Below, one piece after another: positions 46,141 to 55,483 of a DNA stretch of 64,000 nucleotides. The first letter of the stretch is position 1. Each line of letters opens with the position of its first letter. The notes below the pieces were generated by a model. It was not told the origin of the DNA. It did no database searches and was given only the letters and a program-made list of their open reading frames with translations. The position numbers were made by a program, and so were the translations under genes. Origin of the DNA: Spirochaetia bacterium (GTDB lineage: Bacteria > Spirochaetota > Spirochaetia > UBA9216); the NCBI GenBank assembly GCA_963677925.2, contig CAXXYH010000004.1, positions 960,001-1,024,000 on the forward strand. Direction: 5' to 3'.

Positions 46141-49100
46141 TATTTGTTCCTCCCTATAGGCATAACTCTTACGAAGGCCGGCGCCATTTCGGTCCAGTCC
46201 TTCAGAATACCTGCTGCATATTCGCTGCCTGTAAGTTCAATGTGCTTTTCAATAAGGCTCTTAAGCCCGTTAAGTTCAAAGGCGTCTGAGATAGGTTCAA
46301 CATTGACCATCTCGAGATTGCACTTGGTGTCAAAGAGCTGGTCTTCATCGAGTACGTAAGCTACACCGCCGCTCATACCTGCTGCGAAGTTGAGTCCTAC
46401 CTTTCCAAGTATTACAACTTTGCCTCCGGTCATGTATTCGCATGCATGATCACCTACGCCTTCAACCACTGCGGTGGCGCCGCTGTTTCGTACGCAGAAG
46501 CGTTCACCTGCCATTCCGCTGATGAATACTTCACCGCTGGTTGCTCCAAACATGCTGACGTTTCCGATGATGATGTTGTTCTGCGACCTGAAGCTTGATT
46601 TTTCAGGGGGGGATATCACAATCTGTCCTCCGGAAAGCCCCTTTCCGAGATAGTCGTTTGCTGTCCCGGAGAGGCTGAACTTGATACCCTGTGCCAGGAA
46701 GGCTCCGAAGCTCTGGCCTGCATGTCCTGTGAAGCGGCAGTTGATTGACCCTTCCGGAAGTCCTGTGTGGCTGTGTTTCTCAGAGACCTTGTAACTTAGG
46801 GTTGCACCAACGCTGCGGTCTGTATTCTGTATTTTGAGATCCATTTCAACAGGAGTTCCGGGTTTGGCGATAACGCCTGCGGCTTTTTTGAGGATCTTAT
46901 TGTCAAGGTGGCTGCTCAGATCCATTACAGACGGCTCTGTGCAGTAGTATTCTTCATGGCTTGCAGCCTCGGGTTTTGCAAGTATTCCCGAGAGGTCTAT
47001 TCCCTGCTGTTTCCATGTCTCAATGGCGTCGTTCATCTCAAGGATTTCAGTCCGTCCTACCATTTCGTCGATGGTTCTGAAACCGAGCTCTGCCATTATT
47101 TCCCTTGTCTCTCTTGCTACGTAGGTCATGTAGTTGATGAGGTGTTCGGGTTTTCCTGCGAACCTTTTTCTGAGTTCGGGATCCTGTGTCGCAACACCGA
47201 CGGGACAGGTGTTCTTGTGACATTTTCTCATCATTACGCAGCCCATGGAGACAAGTGATACTGTTCCGAACCCGAACTCCTCAGCGCCGAGCAGCGCGGC
47301 AATTACAATGTCGCGACCTGTCCGCATCTGACCGTCCGTCTGCAGTCTTACATTCTTTCTAAGTCCGTTAAGAACAAGTGTCTGCTGGGTTTCTGCAAGA
47401 CCGAGCTCCCAGGGCATTCCTGCGTATTTAATGGATGAAATCGGTGATGCTCCGGTTCCTCCGTCTCCGCCGCTTATCAGAATCATTCCGGCCTTGCCCT
47501 TGGCAACACCGGCTGCGATTGTTCCTACGCCTGCCTCTGATACTAGCTTTACTGAAACTCTTGCAGTCGGATTTCCGCATTTGAGGTCGTAGATAAGCTG
47601 AGCAAGATCCTCGATTGAGTAGATGTCATGGTGCGGAGGCGGTGATATGAGCACGGTTCCGGGTTCTGCGTATCTTATGCTTCCGATGAAGTTGTCGACC
47701 TTGTGTCCCGGGAGCTGTCCGCCTTCGCCGGGTTTTGCTCCCTGGGCAATTTTGATCTGCAGCTCCTGTGCATGTGCTAGATAGTTGCTTGTTACGCCGA
47801 ATCGGGCGGATGCAATCTGTTTAACCTTGCTGTTGAGTGAATCACCGTTTTCAAGCGGTGTATATCTTTCGATGTTCTCGCCGCCCTCTCCGGAGTTTGA
47901 CATTCCTCCGAGGCGGTTCATTGCTATTGCGATTGTTTCATGGGCTTCCCGGCTTATTGAGCCGAGAGACATAGCCGAGGAGACAAAGCGTTTAACGATT
48001 TCTTCTTCAGGCTCAACCTCTTCAAGAGGTATCGGTGTCTGTGTTTTGAATTTAAACAGGCTTCTGAGTGTACAGAGCTTTTCCGAGAAGTTGTTTATCT
48101 CGGCAGAGAACTGCTTGTATATTCCATAGTCGCCGTTTCTGATTGCCTTGTGCATCAGAGTCACTGCCTGAGGTGTCATCAGGTGCTTGATCGATTTTTT
48201 GCGGTAGTGAAGCTTTCCGCCGGCATCAAGCTCGGTTGTCTTGTTCAGCTGTACCTGTGAGTATGCAGAGCTGTGTCTCTTGTCTGAGGATTCTGCAATA
48301 CTTTCAAGGCCTATACCGCCTATTCTTGAAGCCGTTCCGCTGAAGAACCGGTCGATGAACTCCCTGTTCAGGCCGACTGATTCAAACAGCTGTGAGCCTC
48401 TGTAGCTTCGCAGGGTGGATACTCCCATCTTTGACATAATCTTCATAATACCGGCCTTGCATGCCGCAATGTAATTTTCGGCCGCAATTTCGAGCTTCAT
48501 GGATTCGGGGAGATTTCCGGAAGTCTGTAGTCCGCTTAAACTCTGGAATACAAGGTAGGGGTTGATGGCGCTTGCGCCGTATCCGAGAAGAAGTGCCATG
48601 TGCATTACATCGCGGGCTTCTCCGGTTTCGATGAAAAGGCCGGCATTCTGTCTGACCTTGTTCTCTACGAGGGCGTGGTGCACTGCCGATATTGCCAGTA
48701 ATGCCGGAACCGGGACGCTGTACTGGCTTACATTTTTGTCGGACAGAATTATAAAGGTAGCACCCTCCGATATCTTTTCAACTGCTTCGGCACTCATTCG
48801 ATCGAGTGCTTTCTTAAGTCCCTCTTCGCCGGTTCCGGCTTCGTAGAGGGAGTCTATTACGGCAGATTTCATATCTTCGTGATCAAGGGTCTTGATTTTC
48901 TGCATATCGTTATTGGAAAGAATCGGATGCTGCAGTTTAAGCTGTCTGCAGTGTTCCGGAGTTTCTGAAAGCAGGTTGCCTTCTTTTCCGATGAAACTCA
49001 TAAGACTCATAACAAGTTTTTCACGGTAGGGATCAATCGGCGGATTGGTTACCTGTGCAAAAAGCTGTTTGAAATAATCGTACATAAGTGCGGGTCTTGC

Positions 49101-50606
49101 TGATAGGATTGCAAGCGCCTCATCGTTACCCATTGATGAGAGCGGCTCAGAGCCGTTAGCGGCCATCGGTGCGATCACCTTTGTGAGTTCCTCATGCGAG
49201 TATCCGAACACTCTCTGAAGTTTTGCGATATTTTCAGGGTCGGTTTCTGCTATTTCAGGAATCTGAAAAAGCTCCCTCAATTCAATTCTGTTTTCATCAA
49301 GCCATCTTCGGTAGGGCTTTGAACGGCTTATTTCAGATTTAACCTCGTTGTCATATCTGACCCGGTGTTTTTCAAAGTCGACGATGATCATCTTACCCGG
49401 AGCAAGCCTTCCGTTTCTCATTACATCTTCGGGTGCAATATCAAGTACTCCTGATTCTGAGGCGAGAACGAATCTGCCGCTTTTTGTAAGTGTCCATCTT
49501 GCAGGCCTAAGTCCGTTTCTGTCCAGACATGCGCCGACTTTAAGGCCGTCGGTAAATACGATAGCTGCCGGACCGTCCCAGGGTTCCATTATTGCTGCGT
49601 GATATTCATAGAATGCACGGCGATCCTGGCTTATATGGTAGGTCTGTCCGAAAGCTTCCGGCATCATCATCATGGCGGCATGTTCAATAGGCCTTCCGCC
49701 TGCCGTAAGAAGTTCCAGGACTGCATCAAAGTTTGCCGAGTCGCTGAGTCTTGAGTCGGTAACAGGAAACAGTTTGCTTATGTCTTTTCCGTAAAATTCA
49801 GAGCTAATATTCGGTTCTCTGGATTTCATTCTGTTGAGGTTTCCGCGCAGGGTGTTGATTTCACCGTTGTGGGCTATTGATCTGAACGGCTGGGCCAGAA
49901 TCCATGACGGAAAGGTGTTCGTGCTGTACCTCTGGTGTACTACGGCAAAAACTGATTTAAATTTTTTGTTTCTCAGATCGTCGTAGAAAGCTTCAAGCTG
50001 CGGGGCTACAAACATGCCCTTATAAACAACTGTTCTGCATGAAAGTGATGCAGTGTAAAGATCTTCCGGTTCGAAGTCTGCAGCAATTGCCTTGTTGTTG
50101 ATGATTTTTCTAATAAGGAAAAGCTTCCGTTCGAGTTTTTCTCCCTTACAGCCGCTTACTCTTATAAATGCCTGACGAATCTCCGGTCTGGATGCTTCGG
50201 CCTTTACGCCGAGACATGATGGGTCGACAGGAACGTTCCTCCATCCAAGGATATCCGCTCCGCATTCGTTGCATGCCTCTTCAATAAACTTCAGGGCTGT
50301 TGTCAGTTTTTTACCGTCTCTGGGAAGGAAAAACATTCCAAGACCGTATTCTCCCTTGGGCGGCAGATCGATTCCAAGAGCTTTGCTTTCGTCTTCAAAA
50401 AAGCTGAAAGGAATCTGGAAGAGCATTCCTGCGCCGTCTCCGGTTGCATCATTGGTCTCAGCGCCTCTGTGAACAAGTTTCTTCAGGATTGTCAGGCCGT
50501 CTGTGAGGATCTGATGTTCGGCCTTGCCTGTTATGTTCGCGGTAAATCCGATACCGCAGGCGTCGTGTTCGTTAATGGGGTCGTATAAACCAAATTTTTG
50601 CTGCAT
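46140..50606 (-). CDS. gltB: Glutamate synthase large subunit
   Basis: EHDACGIGF (Cys1), HQRYSTNT, EPWDGPA, QGAKPGEGGQLPG, CVMMRKCH.NTCPVG; RBS AGGAG supports a start at 50606. Confidence 0.97.
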   Translation of the reverse strand: MQQKFGLYDPINEHDACGIGFTANITGKAEHQILTDGLTILKKLVHRGAETNDATGDGAGMLFQIPFSFFEDESKALGIDLPPKGEYGLGMFFLPRDGKKLTTALKFIEEACNECGADILGWRNVPVDPSCLGVKAEASRPEIRQAFIRVSGCKGEKLERKLFLIRKIINNKAIAADFEPEDLYTASLSCRTVVYKGMFVAPQLEAFYDDLRNKKFKSVFAVVHQRYSTNTFPSWILAQPFRSIAHNGEINTLRGNLNRMKSREPNISSEFYGKDISKLFPVTDSRLSDSANFDAVLELLTAGGRPIEHAAMMMMPEAFGQTYHISQDRRAFYEYHAAIMEPWDGPAAIVFTDGLKVGACLDRNGLRPARWTLTKSGRFVLASESGVLDIAPEDVMRNGRLAPGKMIIVDFEKHRVRYDNEVKSEISRSKPYRRWLDENRIELRELFQIPEIAETDPENIAKLQRVFGYSHEELTKVIAPMAANGSEPLSSMGNDEALAILSARPALMYDYFKQLFAQVTNPPIDPYREKLVMSLMSFIGKEGNLLSETPEHCRQLKLQHPILSNNDMQKIKTLDHEDMKSAVIDSLYEAGTGEEGLKKALDRMSAEAVEKISEGATFIILSDKNVSQYSVPVPALLAISAVHHALVENKVRQNAGLFIETGEARDVMHMALLLGYGASAINPYLVFQSLSGLQTSGNLPESMKLEIAAENYIAACKAGIMKIMSKMGVSTLRSYRGSQLFESVGLNREFIDRFFSGTASRIGGIGLESIAESSDKRHSSAYSQVQLNKTTELDAGGKLHYRKKSIKHLMTPQAVTLMHKAIRNGDYGIYKQFSAEINNFSEKLCTLRSLFKFKTQTPIPLEEVEPEEEIVKRFVSSAMSLGSISREAHETIAIAMNRLGGMSNSGEGGENIERYTPLENGDSLNSKVKQIASARFGVTSNYLAHAQELQIKIAQGAKPGEGGQLPGHKVDNFIGSIRYAEPGTVLISPPPHHDIYSIEDLAQLIYDLKCGNPTARVSVKLVSEAGVGTIAAGVAKGKAGMILISGGDGGTGASPISSIKYAGMPWELGLAETQQTLVLNGLRKNVRLQTDGQMRTGRDIVIAALLGAEEFGFGTVSLVSMGCVMMRKCHKNTCPVGVATQDPELRKRFAGKPEHLINYMTYVARETREIMAELGFRTIDEMVGRTEILEMNDAIETWKQQGIDLSGILAKPEAASHEEYYCTEPSVMDLSSHLDNKILKKAAGVIAKPGTPVEMDLKIQNTDRSVGATLSYKVSEKHSHTGLPEGSINCRFTGHAGQSFGAFLAQGIKFSLSGTANDYLGKGLSGGQIVISPPEKSSFRSQNNIIIGNVSMFGATSGEVFISGMAGERFCVRNSGATAVVEGVGDHACEYMTGGKVVILGKVGLNFAAGMSGGVAYVLDEDQLFDTKCNLEMVNVEPISDAFELNGLKSLIEKHIELTGSEYAAGILKDWTEMAPAFVRVMPIGRNK

Positions 50607-50634
50607 ATGGCTCTCCTGGTTAATAACTGTCATG

Positions 50635-50658
50635 TTTGTGGCAACATATTGCCACAAA
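50635..50658. promoter_or_regulatory. Perfect palindrome TTTGTGGCAA-CATA-TTGCCACAAA overlapping the gltB -10 region (candidate NrpR operator)
   Basis: 10-bp arms; TTGACA on the minus strand at 50675-50670; same half-site repeated at 50699-50708. Confidence 0.75.
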
Positions 50659-50781
50659 AAACTTAAATATGTCAAGAAATCATCAAAAAAGAATGCTTTT
50701 TGTGGCAATGGTTACCATATAATCATTTTTTGAGGTTAAATATTCATTTTCAGTTAAATTTTAGTGGATATTAGCGGTAAA

Positions 50782-51789
50782 TCAAAGAAAATCGTTTATT
50801 TGTTGGGGGAGAGCGGTGAAGTGAAAAAGCCTTGAGAAGTCAATTACATCGGAAACCGCATGAATTTTTGTATTAAAATTCTGCTCGAAAAGGGTGGCAA
50901 GCGGATTGAGACCTCCGATTGCAATTCCGCCGACTCTTCCTACGTTGATTGGAATTTCAAGCAGAGGGTGTTCCGGATAGCTCAATTTGATGATATTTCC
51001 CAGTCCCAGCTTTTCAAGTCTTCCTATTATTCGTGCTGCATCGGTCCTTGCATTTTCGGGTATCTCGAAGAAGTTTGCTCCAATCCGGCCGTTCCCTTTT
51101 TTTTCAATTCCGGAAAAACTGGTCATGCCGCTCTGTATGAATATTTCGAGAGGGTCGATGCTTGTTCCGTCATAGTTTATTATCTGTACAAAGCGCACCG
51201 GTTCATTTTTTTCAATCTGAAGCAGTCCGCCGAATTTTGACTGAATAGGAATTCCCATTTTGATGAGTACTCCGTTAAAGGTGAATGAGCATACTGTTCC
51301 AAGACCAATATAACCGTCGGGCACAAGGTGGTTTCCAACGTATTCGCCCTCTCTGTAAAGGGTGACAAGCTGTCCCATCGAGAAACCAGCTCTGAATACC
51401 GGAGACATCAGTTCTATTGCTGCCGGAAAATCTTCCTTTTTGATGAAACTGATATTAATAATAACAGTTCCTTTCTGAGTCTGTATGTCAAAGTTCATTC
51501 GGCAGGCCATCTGGTCAATCCGGGCATTGAGGAATCCTACTTTTTCGAAGACTCTCGAAGCCTCAATTTCTCTGATACCCTTCTGTGTGATGAATCTTCC
51601 GTGTTTTTCTGAATATTCGGTCAGACCCGCATCGTCCATTGATTTCAGATGGAATCTGATGGTGCGCGGGCTGATGTCATAACCGAGGGTCAGCAGTTCA
51701 TCTGTTATGGTTTTACTTGAAAGTGGTTTTTCAGCATCACGGAGGACTCTGAGTATTGCAAGGCGCTTTTTTTCTATTTTCTCGGTCAT
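50782..51789 (-). CDS. nrpR: NrpR-family nitrogen repressor (wHTH + single NrpR regulatory domain)
   Basis: IL.VL....PLSS..I..EL...GYDIS.RT.RFHL..MD..GLT HTH; G.VIIN.S, GTVCS.T.NG.L...GIP....FGGLL, I.Y.GTSIDPLE.F, GGLNP. Confidence 0.85.
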   Translation of the reverse strand: MTEKIEKKRLAILRVLRDAEKPLSSKTITDELLTLGYDISPRTIRFHLKSMDDAGLTEYSEKHGRFITQKGIREIEASRVFEKVGFLNARIDQMACRMNFDIQTQKGTVIINISFIKKEDFPAAIELMSPVFRAGFSMGQLVTLYREGEYVGNHLVPDGYIGLGTVCSFTFNGVLIKMGIPIQSKFGGLLQIEKNEPVRFVQIINYDGTSIDPLEIFIQSGMTSFSGIEKKGNGRIGANFFEIPENARTDAARIIGRLEKLGLGNIIKLSYPEHPLLEIPINVGRVGGIAIGGLNPLATLFEQNFNTKIHAVSDVIDFSRLFHFTALPQQINDFL

Positions 51790-51893
51790 AGTATTTGACT
51801 TACACCATTAATTCTGGGTTGTAAAGAGAAAATCAGGAACTTTAGCCTAAAACCCCTTAACTTTAGATCTTTTTTTAGATATATTTATAGTAA

Positions 51894-51909
51894 CCTACAG
51901 AAATGTAGG
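51894..51909. promoter_or_regulatory. Palindrome CCTACA-GAAA-TGTAGG upstream of the NifA-like gene (candidate autoregulatory site)
   Basis: Perfect 6-bp arms; same motif occurs three times upstream of amtB. Confidence 0.7.
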
Positions 51910-51928
51910 ATAAGACAAGGAAGACAAA

Positions 51929-53470
51929 TTGGAACAGCTCAAAGATTCTCACTATCGAAGGAAGGTTAAAGAACACTCCGTTCTCTTTGACATCAGCCGT
52001 ATTCTTGATACAAGTACTGATCTTCAGAACAGTATAGCCCCTGTGCTTACCCTGCTTGCCGATGAAATGGATATGAAGCGCGGTATGGTAACTCTTTTAA
52101 ACCGGCTTACAGAAAAAATTCAGATTGAAGCCGCACACGGTCTGTCCGAACAGCAGCAGAGCAGGGGCCGGTATAACCAGGGAGAAGGAATAATCGGACA
52201 GGTGACCCAGACAGGAGAGCCTGCGGTTGTTCAGGATATCAATCAGGACCCGAAGTTTCTTGACCGGACTCAGGCCAGGGGAAGGGTTGAAGGCCGGAAG
52301 ACCGCTTTTATCTGCGTACCCATCAAAATAGAGGGAAAGGTTATCGGCACCCTGAGTATTGATCGCGAATATGCTGAAGAAATTGATTTTGATGATGATG
52401 TCAAACTTTTAAGTATTATCGGTTCAATGATAGCCCAGGCGGTGAAGGTTAGACGTAGGGTCCAGGAAGAAAAGGATAGAAACGAGCAGCTCCAGCAGCA
52501 GCTGAAGAGCAAGTACACACCTTCAAATATGATTGGAAAGGCAAATGCAATGCAGGAAGTCTTCAATCTGATACAGCAGGTTTCCGGCAGTAATGCCACT
52601 GTCCTGATAAGGGGTGAAAGCGGAACAGGTAAGGAGCTGGTTGCCCAGGCTATTCACTACAGCAGTCCCAGGGCTCATAAACCCTTTATTAAAGTAAACT
52701 GTGCCGCCCTGCCGGAGTCTGTAATAGAAAGTGAGCTGTTCGGACACGAAAAGGGCGCCTTTACAAGTGCCATAGCTTCACGAAAAGGCCGCTTTGAGCT
52801 TGCCGACGGCGGGACAATCTTTCTTGATGAGATAGGCGACCTTTCACCGATGACTCAGGTAAAACTGCTGCGGGTTCTGCAGGAAAAAGAATTTGAACGT
52901 GTGGGCGGTACCGAGACCATAAAGGTAAATGTCAGGGTTATTGCTGCAACTAACAGGCCGCTCGAAGAAATGATGAGTGAGTCCAAGTTTCGTGAGGACC
53001 TTTATTACAGGCTGAATGTATTTCCAGTTAATATTCCTCCATTAAGAGACCGGAAAACCGATATAATCCTTCTGGCAGATTACTTCACTGAAAAATATGC
53101 CGAACGCAACGAGAAGGAAATTAAACGTATCTCTACTCCTGCAATTGAACTGCTTATGAGTTATCACTGGCCCGGTAACGTCCGTGAGCTTGAGAACTGT
53201 ATAGAGCGTGCCGTGCTGCTGACTACCGACGGGGTTATACACGGTCACCTTCTTCCTCCCAGCCTTCAAAGCGCCGAATCTACAGACAGCGGTCCCGAGA
53301 ATAATCTCAAATCAGCTATTGAACGGCTTGAAAGAGAGATGCTGGAGGATTCTCTTAAATCTTCCAAGGGAAATATGGCCGCAGCAGCAAGACTTCTTGG
53401 CATTACCGAAAGAAAGATGGGGCTGCGTGTGGCTAAATATGATATCGAAACACGTAAATATAATGTATAA
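51929..53470 (+). CDS. NifA-like sigma54-dependent activator (GAF-AAA+-HTH)
   Basis: GAF (GEGIIGQV...P.FLDRT..R, FICVPI), GESGTGKE, ESELFGHEKGAFTSA, FLDEIG, WPGNVRELEN, Fis-type HTH; TTG start. Confidence 0.92.
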   Translation: MEQLKDSHYRRKVKEHSVLFDISRILDTSTDLQNSIAPVLTLLADEMDMKRGMVTLLNRLTEKIQIEAAHGLSEQQQSRGRYNQGEGIIGQVTQTGEPAVVQDINQDPKFLDRTQARGRVEGRKTAFICVPIKIEGKVIGTLSIDREYAEEIDFDDDVKLLSIIGSMIAQAVKVRRRVQEEKDRNEQLQQQLKSKYTPSNMIGKANAMQEVFNLIQQVSGSNATVLIRGESGTGKELVAQAIHYSSPRAHKPFIKVNCAALPESVIESELFGHEKGAFTSAIASRKGRFELADGGTIFLDEIGDLSPMTQVKLLRVLQEKEFERVGGTETIKVNVRVIAATNRPLEEMMSESKFREDLYYRLNVFPVNIPPLRDRKTDIILLADYFTEKYAERNEKEIKRISTPAIELLMSYHWPGNVRELENCIERAVLLTTDGVIHGHLLPPSLQSAESTDSGPENNLKSAIERLEREMLEDSLKSSKGNMAAAARLLGITERKMGLRVAKYDIETRKYNV

Positions 53471-53490
53471 GGCTTATATTTAATTTTTAT

Positions 53491-53555
53491 TCCTACAAAA
53501 ATGTCGGATCAAAAGGTTCCGCGAACATTTTTGTAGGAAATTTACATTTATGTAA
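53491..53555. promoter_or_regulatory. Three ACA-N4-TGT boxes (candidate enhancer for the amtB sigma54 promoter)
   Basis: TCCTACAAAAATGTCGGA (53491), CGAACATTTTTGTAGG (53522), TTACATTTATGTAA (53542). Confidence 0.72.
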
Positions 53556-53647
53556 TAAAGAACTTTTACTTCCCTGATTTTTTGAAAATTATTTAATTCC
53601 TTTTATAGCAAGCAGATAAAAAATCCTTAAAATATCTTTTCTGAAGT

Positions 53648-53662
53648 TGGCACAGCAGTTGC
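53648..53662 (+). promoter_or_regulatory. sigma54 -24/-12 promoter of amtB-glnK-glnA
   Basis: TGGCAC-AGCAG-TTGC, exact consensus and spacing. Confidence 0.9.
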
Positions 53663-53704
53663 TTTATAGTGGGTGGGTAGAAAAACTTTCTTAAGGAGAG
53701 AAAT

Positions 53705-55045
53705 ATGAAGATTAAGAGGATTTTAATCCTGTCAGCAGCCGGATTGTTAATGTCCGGGGCAGCGTTGTTTGCTGAAGAAATGAGTACAGCTGACACCCTG
53801 GCACTCTACTCAGATGCCTTCGATATGATCTGGCTTGTGCTTGCAGCAGCACTTGTGTTTTTTATGCAGGCCGGATTCGCAATGGTTGAGACTGGTCTTA
53901 CCAGAGCAAAAAATGCCGGTAACATTATTATGAAAAACCTTATGGATTTTTCAGCCGGTGCAGTTGCTTACTGGGCAGTGGGCTGGGCTTTAATGTACGG
54001 AGCCACTAAGGCTGGTGTTATCGGATCCGATCAGTTCTTTCTGAGCGGTGCTGATGCGGCAACATTCAGAGACTGGATGTTCCAGGTTGTTTTTGCAGCT
54101 ACTGCAGCTACCATAGTTTCAGGTGCAATGGCTGAAAGAACAAAATTCACCAGTTACCTTATTTACAGTGTGTTCATCTCTGCAATTATTTATCCAATCT
54201 CAGGACACTGGATATGGAGCGGAGTAGGCTGGTTAGGAAATCTTGGATTCCATGACTTTGCCGGTTCTACAGTAGTGCACTCTGTAGGCGGTTGGGCAGC
54301 TCTTGCAGGTGCCATCATCCTCGGACCGAGAATCGGTAAGTACGTAGTAGTTGACGGTGTGAAGAGAAGAAAGGCTATTCCAGGCCATAACCTTCCGCTT
54401 GCAGCACTCGGTGTATTTATCCTTTGGTTTGGATGGTACGGATTTAATGCCGGTTCAACACTTTCAGGAACTGACATGGGAATCGCACATGTAGCTGTTA
54501 CTACAACACTTGCTGCTTCTACAGGCGCAATCGGTGCTATGCTTACTTCATGGCTTATGTTCGGAAAACCGGACCCAAGTATGTCGCTTAACGGTGCTCT
54601 TGCAGGTCTTGTCGGAATTACCGCACCCTGTGCAGTTGTATCTCCTTTCGGAGCTATTATAATTGGTGTTATAGCCGGTATCCTGGTTGTTCTTTCTGTT
54701 GAGTTTATTGACGGTGTTCTGCATATTGACGATCCTGTTGGTGCTGTTTCTGTACACGGTGTATGCGGTGCATGGGGAACTCTTGCAGTTGGTCTTTTTG
54801 CAACAGCAGACAGCGGTGTAGGCCCCGGTCTTTTCTACGGCGGCGGATTTGCTCAGCTTGGTGTTCAGGCTCTTGGTGTAGTATCCGTTTTTGCATGGGT
54901 TTTTGCTACAGCTTCCATACTGTTCCTTATAATCAAGAAAACAGTTGGTCTGCGTGTTGATCCTAAGCACGAACGTGAAGGTCTTGATACAAGCGAACAC
55001 GGAATGGAATCCTATAGCGGTTTCCAGATATTCAGCAATATGTAG
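53705..55045 (+). CDS. amtB: Ammonium transporter
   Basis: [56 protein letters not shown]. Confidence 0.97.
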   Translation: MKIKRILILSAAGLLMSGAALFAEEMSTADTLALYSDAFDMIWLVLAAALVFFMQAGFAMVETGLTRAKNAGNIIMKNLMDFSAGAVAYWAVGWALMYGATKAGVIGSDQFFLSGADAATFRDWMFQVVFAATAATIVSGAMAERTKFTSYLIYSVFISAIIYPISGHWIWSGVGWLGNLGFHDFAGSTVVHSVGGWAALAGAIILGPRIGKYVVVDGVKRRKAIPGHNLPLAALGVFILWFGWYGFNAGSTLSGTDMGIAHVAVTTTLAASTGAIGAMLTSWLMFGKPDPSMSLNGALAGLVGITAPCAVVSPFGAIIIGVIAGILVVLSVEFIDGVLHIDDPVGAVSVHGVCGAWGTLAVGLFATADSGVGPGLFYGGGFAQLGVQALGVVSVFAWVFATASILFLIIKKTVGLRVDPKHEREGLDTSEHGMESYSGFQIFSNM

Positions 55046-55057
55046 GAGGGAGGAATA

Positions 55058-55399
55058 ATGAAACTGATAACAGCATTTATTCAGCCGCATGCGCTGAACA
55101 AGGTAAAACAGGAATTATACAAGAATGAAGTTTATAAAATGTCTGTAACCAACACGCTTGGCTGCGGACAGCAGATGGGCTATCATGAGTCATACAGAGG
55201 TGTTGACGTTGAAGTTAATCTGTTAAAGAAAATAAGGCTTGATATAGCCGTAAACGATGATTTCGTTAAACCGACAGTTGATGCAATTGTCGCAGGCGCA
55301 AGAAGCGGCGAAATCGGAGATGGAAAAATCTTCGTAACTCCGATCGAGGAATGTATCCGTATCAGAAACGGAGAAACCGGTCAGATTGCGATTGGTTGA
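55058..55399 (+). CDS. glnK: P-II nitrogen regulatory protein
   Basis: YRG T-loop, [17 protein letters not shown]; linked to amtB. Confidence 0.93.
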   Translation: MKLITAFIQPHALNKVKQELYKNEVYKMSVTNTLGCGQQMGYHESYRGVDVEVNLLKKIRLDIAVNDDFVKPTVDAIVAGARSGEIGDGKIFVTPIEECIRIRNGETGQIAIG

Positions 55400-55483
55400 T
55401 TGTGTGTGTAATGTAAAAACAGAGGTAAAAAAGTTAAGTTTTTTAAAGAATAAATATGGAGTATTTTTTTAAGGAGTTTTCTT

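Noticed and set aside
50638-50655. sigma54 promoter for gltB (TGGCAA-TATG-TTGC on the minus strand)
   Set aside because: Spacing is one base short of the strict -24/-12 distance; better explained as a palindromic operator
50607-50708. 34-aa N-terminal extension of GltB given by the ORF track
   Set aside because: It overlaps the promoter/operator; a good SD precedes ATG 50606
51929-53470. Calling the activator nifA / nitrogen fixation
   Set aside because: No nif genes or TGT-N10-ACA enhancer seen at the target promoter; the target is amtB-glnK-glnA
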